5,181 bases of DNA from a virus. Lineage: Duplodnaviria > Heunggongvirae > Uroviricota > Caudoviricetes. The position numbers were made by a program, and so were the translations under genes. The DNA is taken from IMG/VR virus record IMGVR_UViG_2778261227_000008; one strand, 5' to 3'. A model generated the notes under the pieces. It ran no database searches. It saw only the letters and a list, made by a program, of their open reading frames with translations, and was not told the origin of the DNA. Of this stretch, positions 4,826 through 5,181 are shown piece by piece (position 1 is the stretch's first letter; each line of letters begins with the position of its first letter).

Positions 4826-5181
4826 ATGAGTAAAGTCTTTATTTGCGCCGCCATTCCGGACGAACAGGCAATAAAGGAAGAAGGTGCAGTCGCTGTAGCC
4901 ACTGCCATTGAAGCCGGTGATGAACGTCGCGCCCGCGCAAAATTTCACTGGCAATTCCTGGAACATTATCCGGCTGCTCAGGACTGCGCTTATAAATTTC
5001 TTGTTTGCGAGGATAAACCCGGTATACCCCGCCCTGCCCTCGATTCCTGGGATGCTGAATATATGCAGGAAAACCGCTGGGATGAGGAGTCTGCTTCCTT
5101 TGTACCGGTTGAGACTGAATCCGATCCGATGAACGTCACTTTTGACAAGCTGGCCCCTGAAGTACAGAACGCTGTCATGGT
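4826..5181 (+). CDS. ydfE: YdfE-like protein, N-terminal 118 codons; continues beyond the right edge
   Basis: ATG at 4826 with GAGG 9 nt upstream; hand translation is open to the window end (MSKVFICAAIPDEQAIKEEGAVAVATAIEAGDERRARAKFHWQFLEHYPAAQDC...). Not in the ORF track because there is no stop inside the window. Name from synteny after ydfD and recollection. Confidence 0.55.
   Translation, partial: MSKVFICAAIPDEQAIKEEGAVAVATAIEAGDERRARAKFHWQFLEHYPAAQDCAYKFLVCEDKPGIPRPALDSWDAEYMQENRWDEESASFVPVETESDPMNVTFDKLAPEVQNAVM

Noticed and set aside
4693-5178. Track ORFs 4693..4908 (-), 4766..4966 (-), 4908..5132 (+) and 4990..5178 (-)
   Set aside because: They overlap the open ydfE-like frame starting at 4826, which has an SD and runs to the window edge.
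1-5181. Integrase, transposase, IS elements or attachment sites
   Set aside because: None seen; no ORF of suitable size or terminal inverted repeats is present in this window.

Overview
This window reads as the immunity/early region of a lambdoid (Rac/Qin/CP-933P-like) prophage of Escherichia coli or a close relative. All names are assigned from memory and sequence reading only; no database search was run. Left to right: (1) the N-terminal part of a minus-strand replication-initiator-like gene running off the left edge, with two clusters of phased GTGAC iterons inside its coding sequence; (2) a translationally coupled minus-strand ydaS (Cro-like) and ydaT (CII-like) pair; (3) a divergent promoter/operator region; (4) a plus-strand three-gene operon: HTH regulator, 63-aa antitoxin and 92-aa ParE-family toxin, which I recognise as paaR2-paaA2-parE2 and which sits where lambda has cI-rexAB; (5) a second, near-identical promoter/operator copy pointing rightward; (6) a small YdaF/YdfA-like gene; (7) an apparently AT-rich insertion carrying an unrecognised 128-aa protein convergent with a SieB-like two-transmembrane protein, separated by hairpins; (8) a DicF-like small RNA followed by dicB, ydfD and the start of ydfE. 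The best candidate for something undescribed is the 128-aa ORF and its convergent two-TM neighbour. The regulatory logic around the toxin-antitoxin operon and the RNA structures flanking DicF also deserve a second look.
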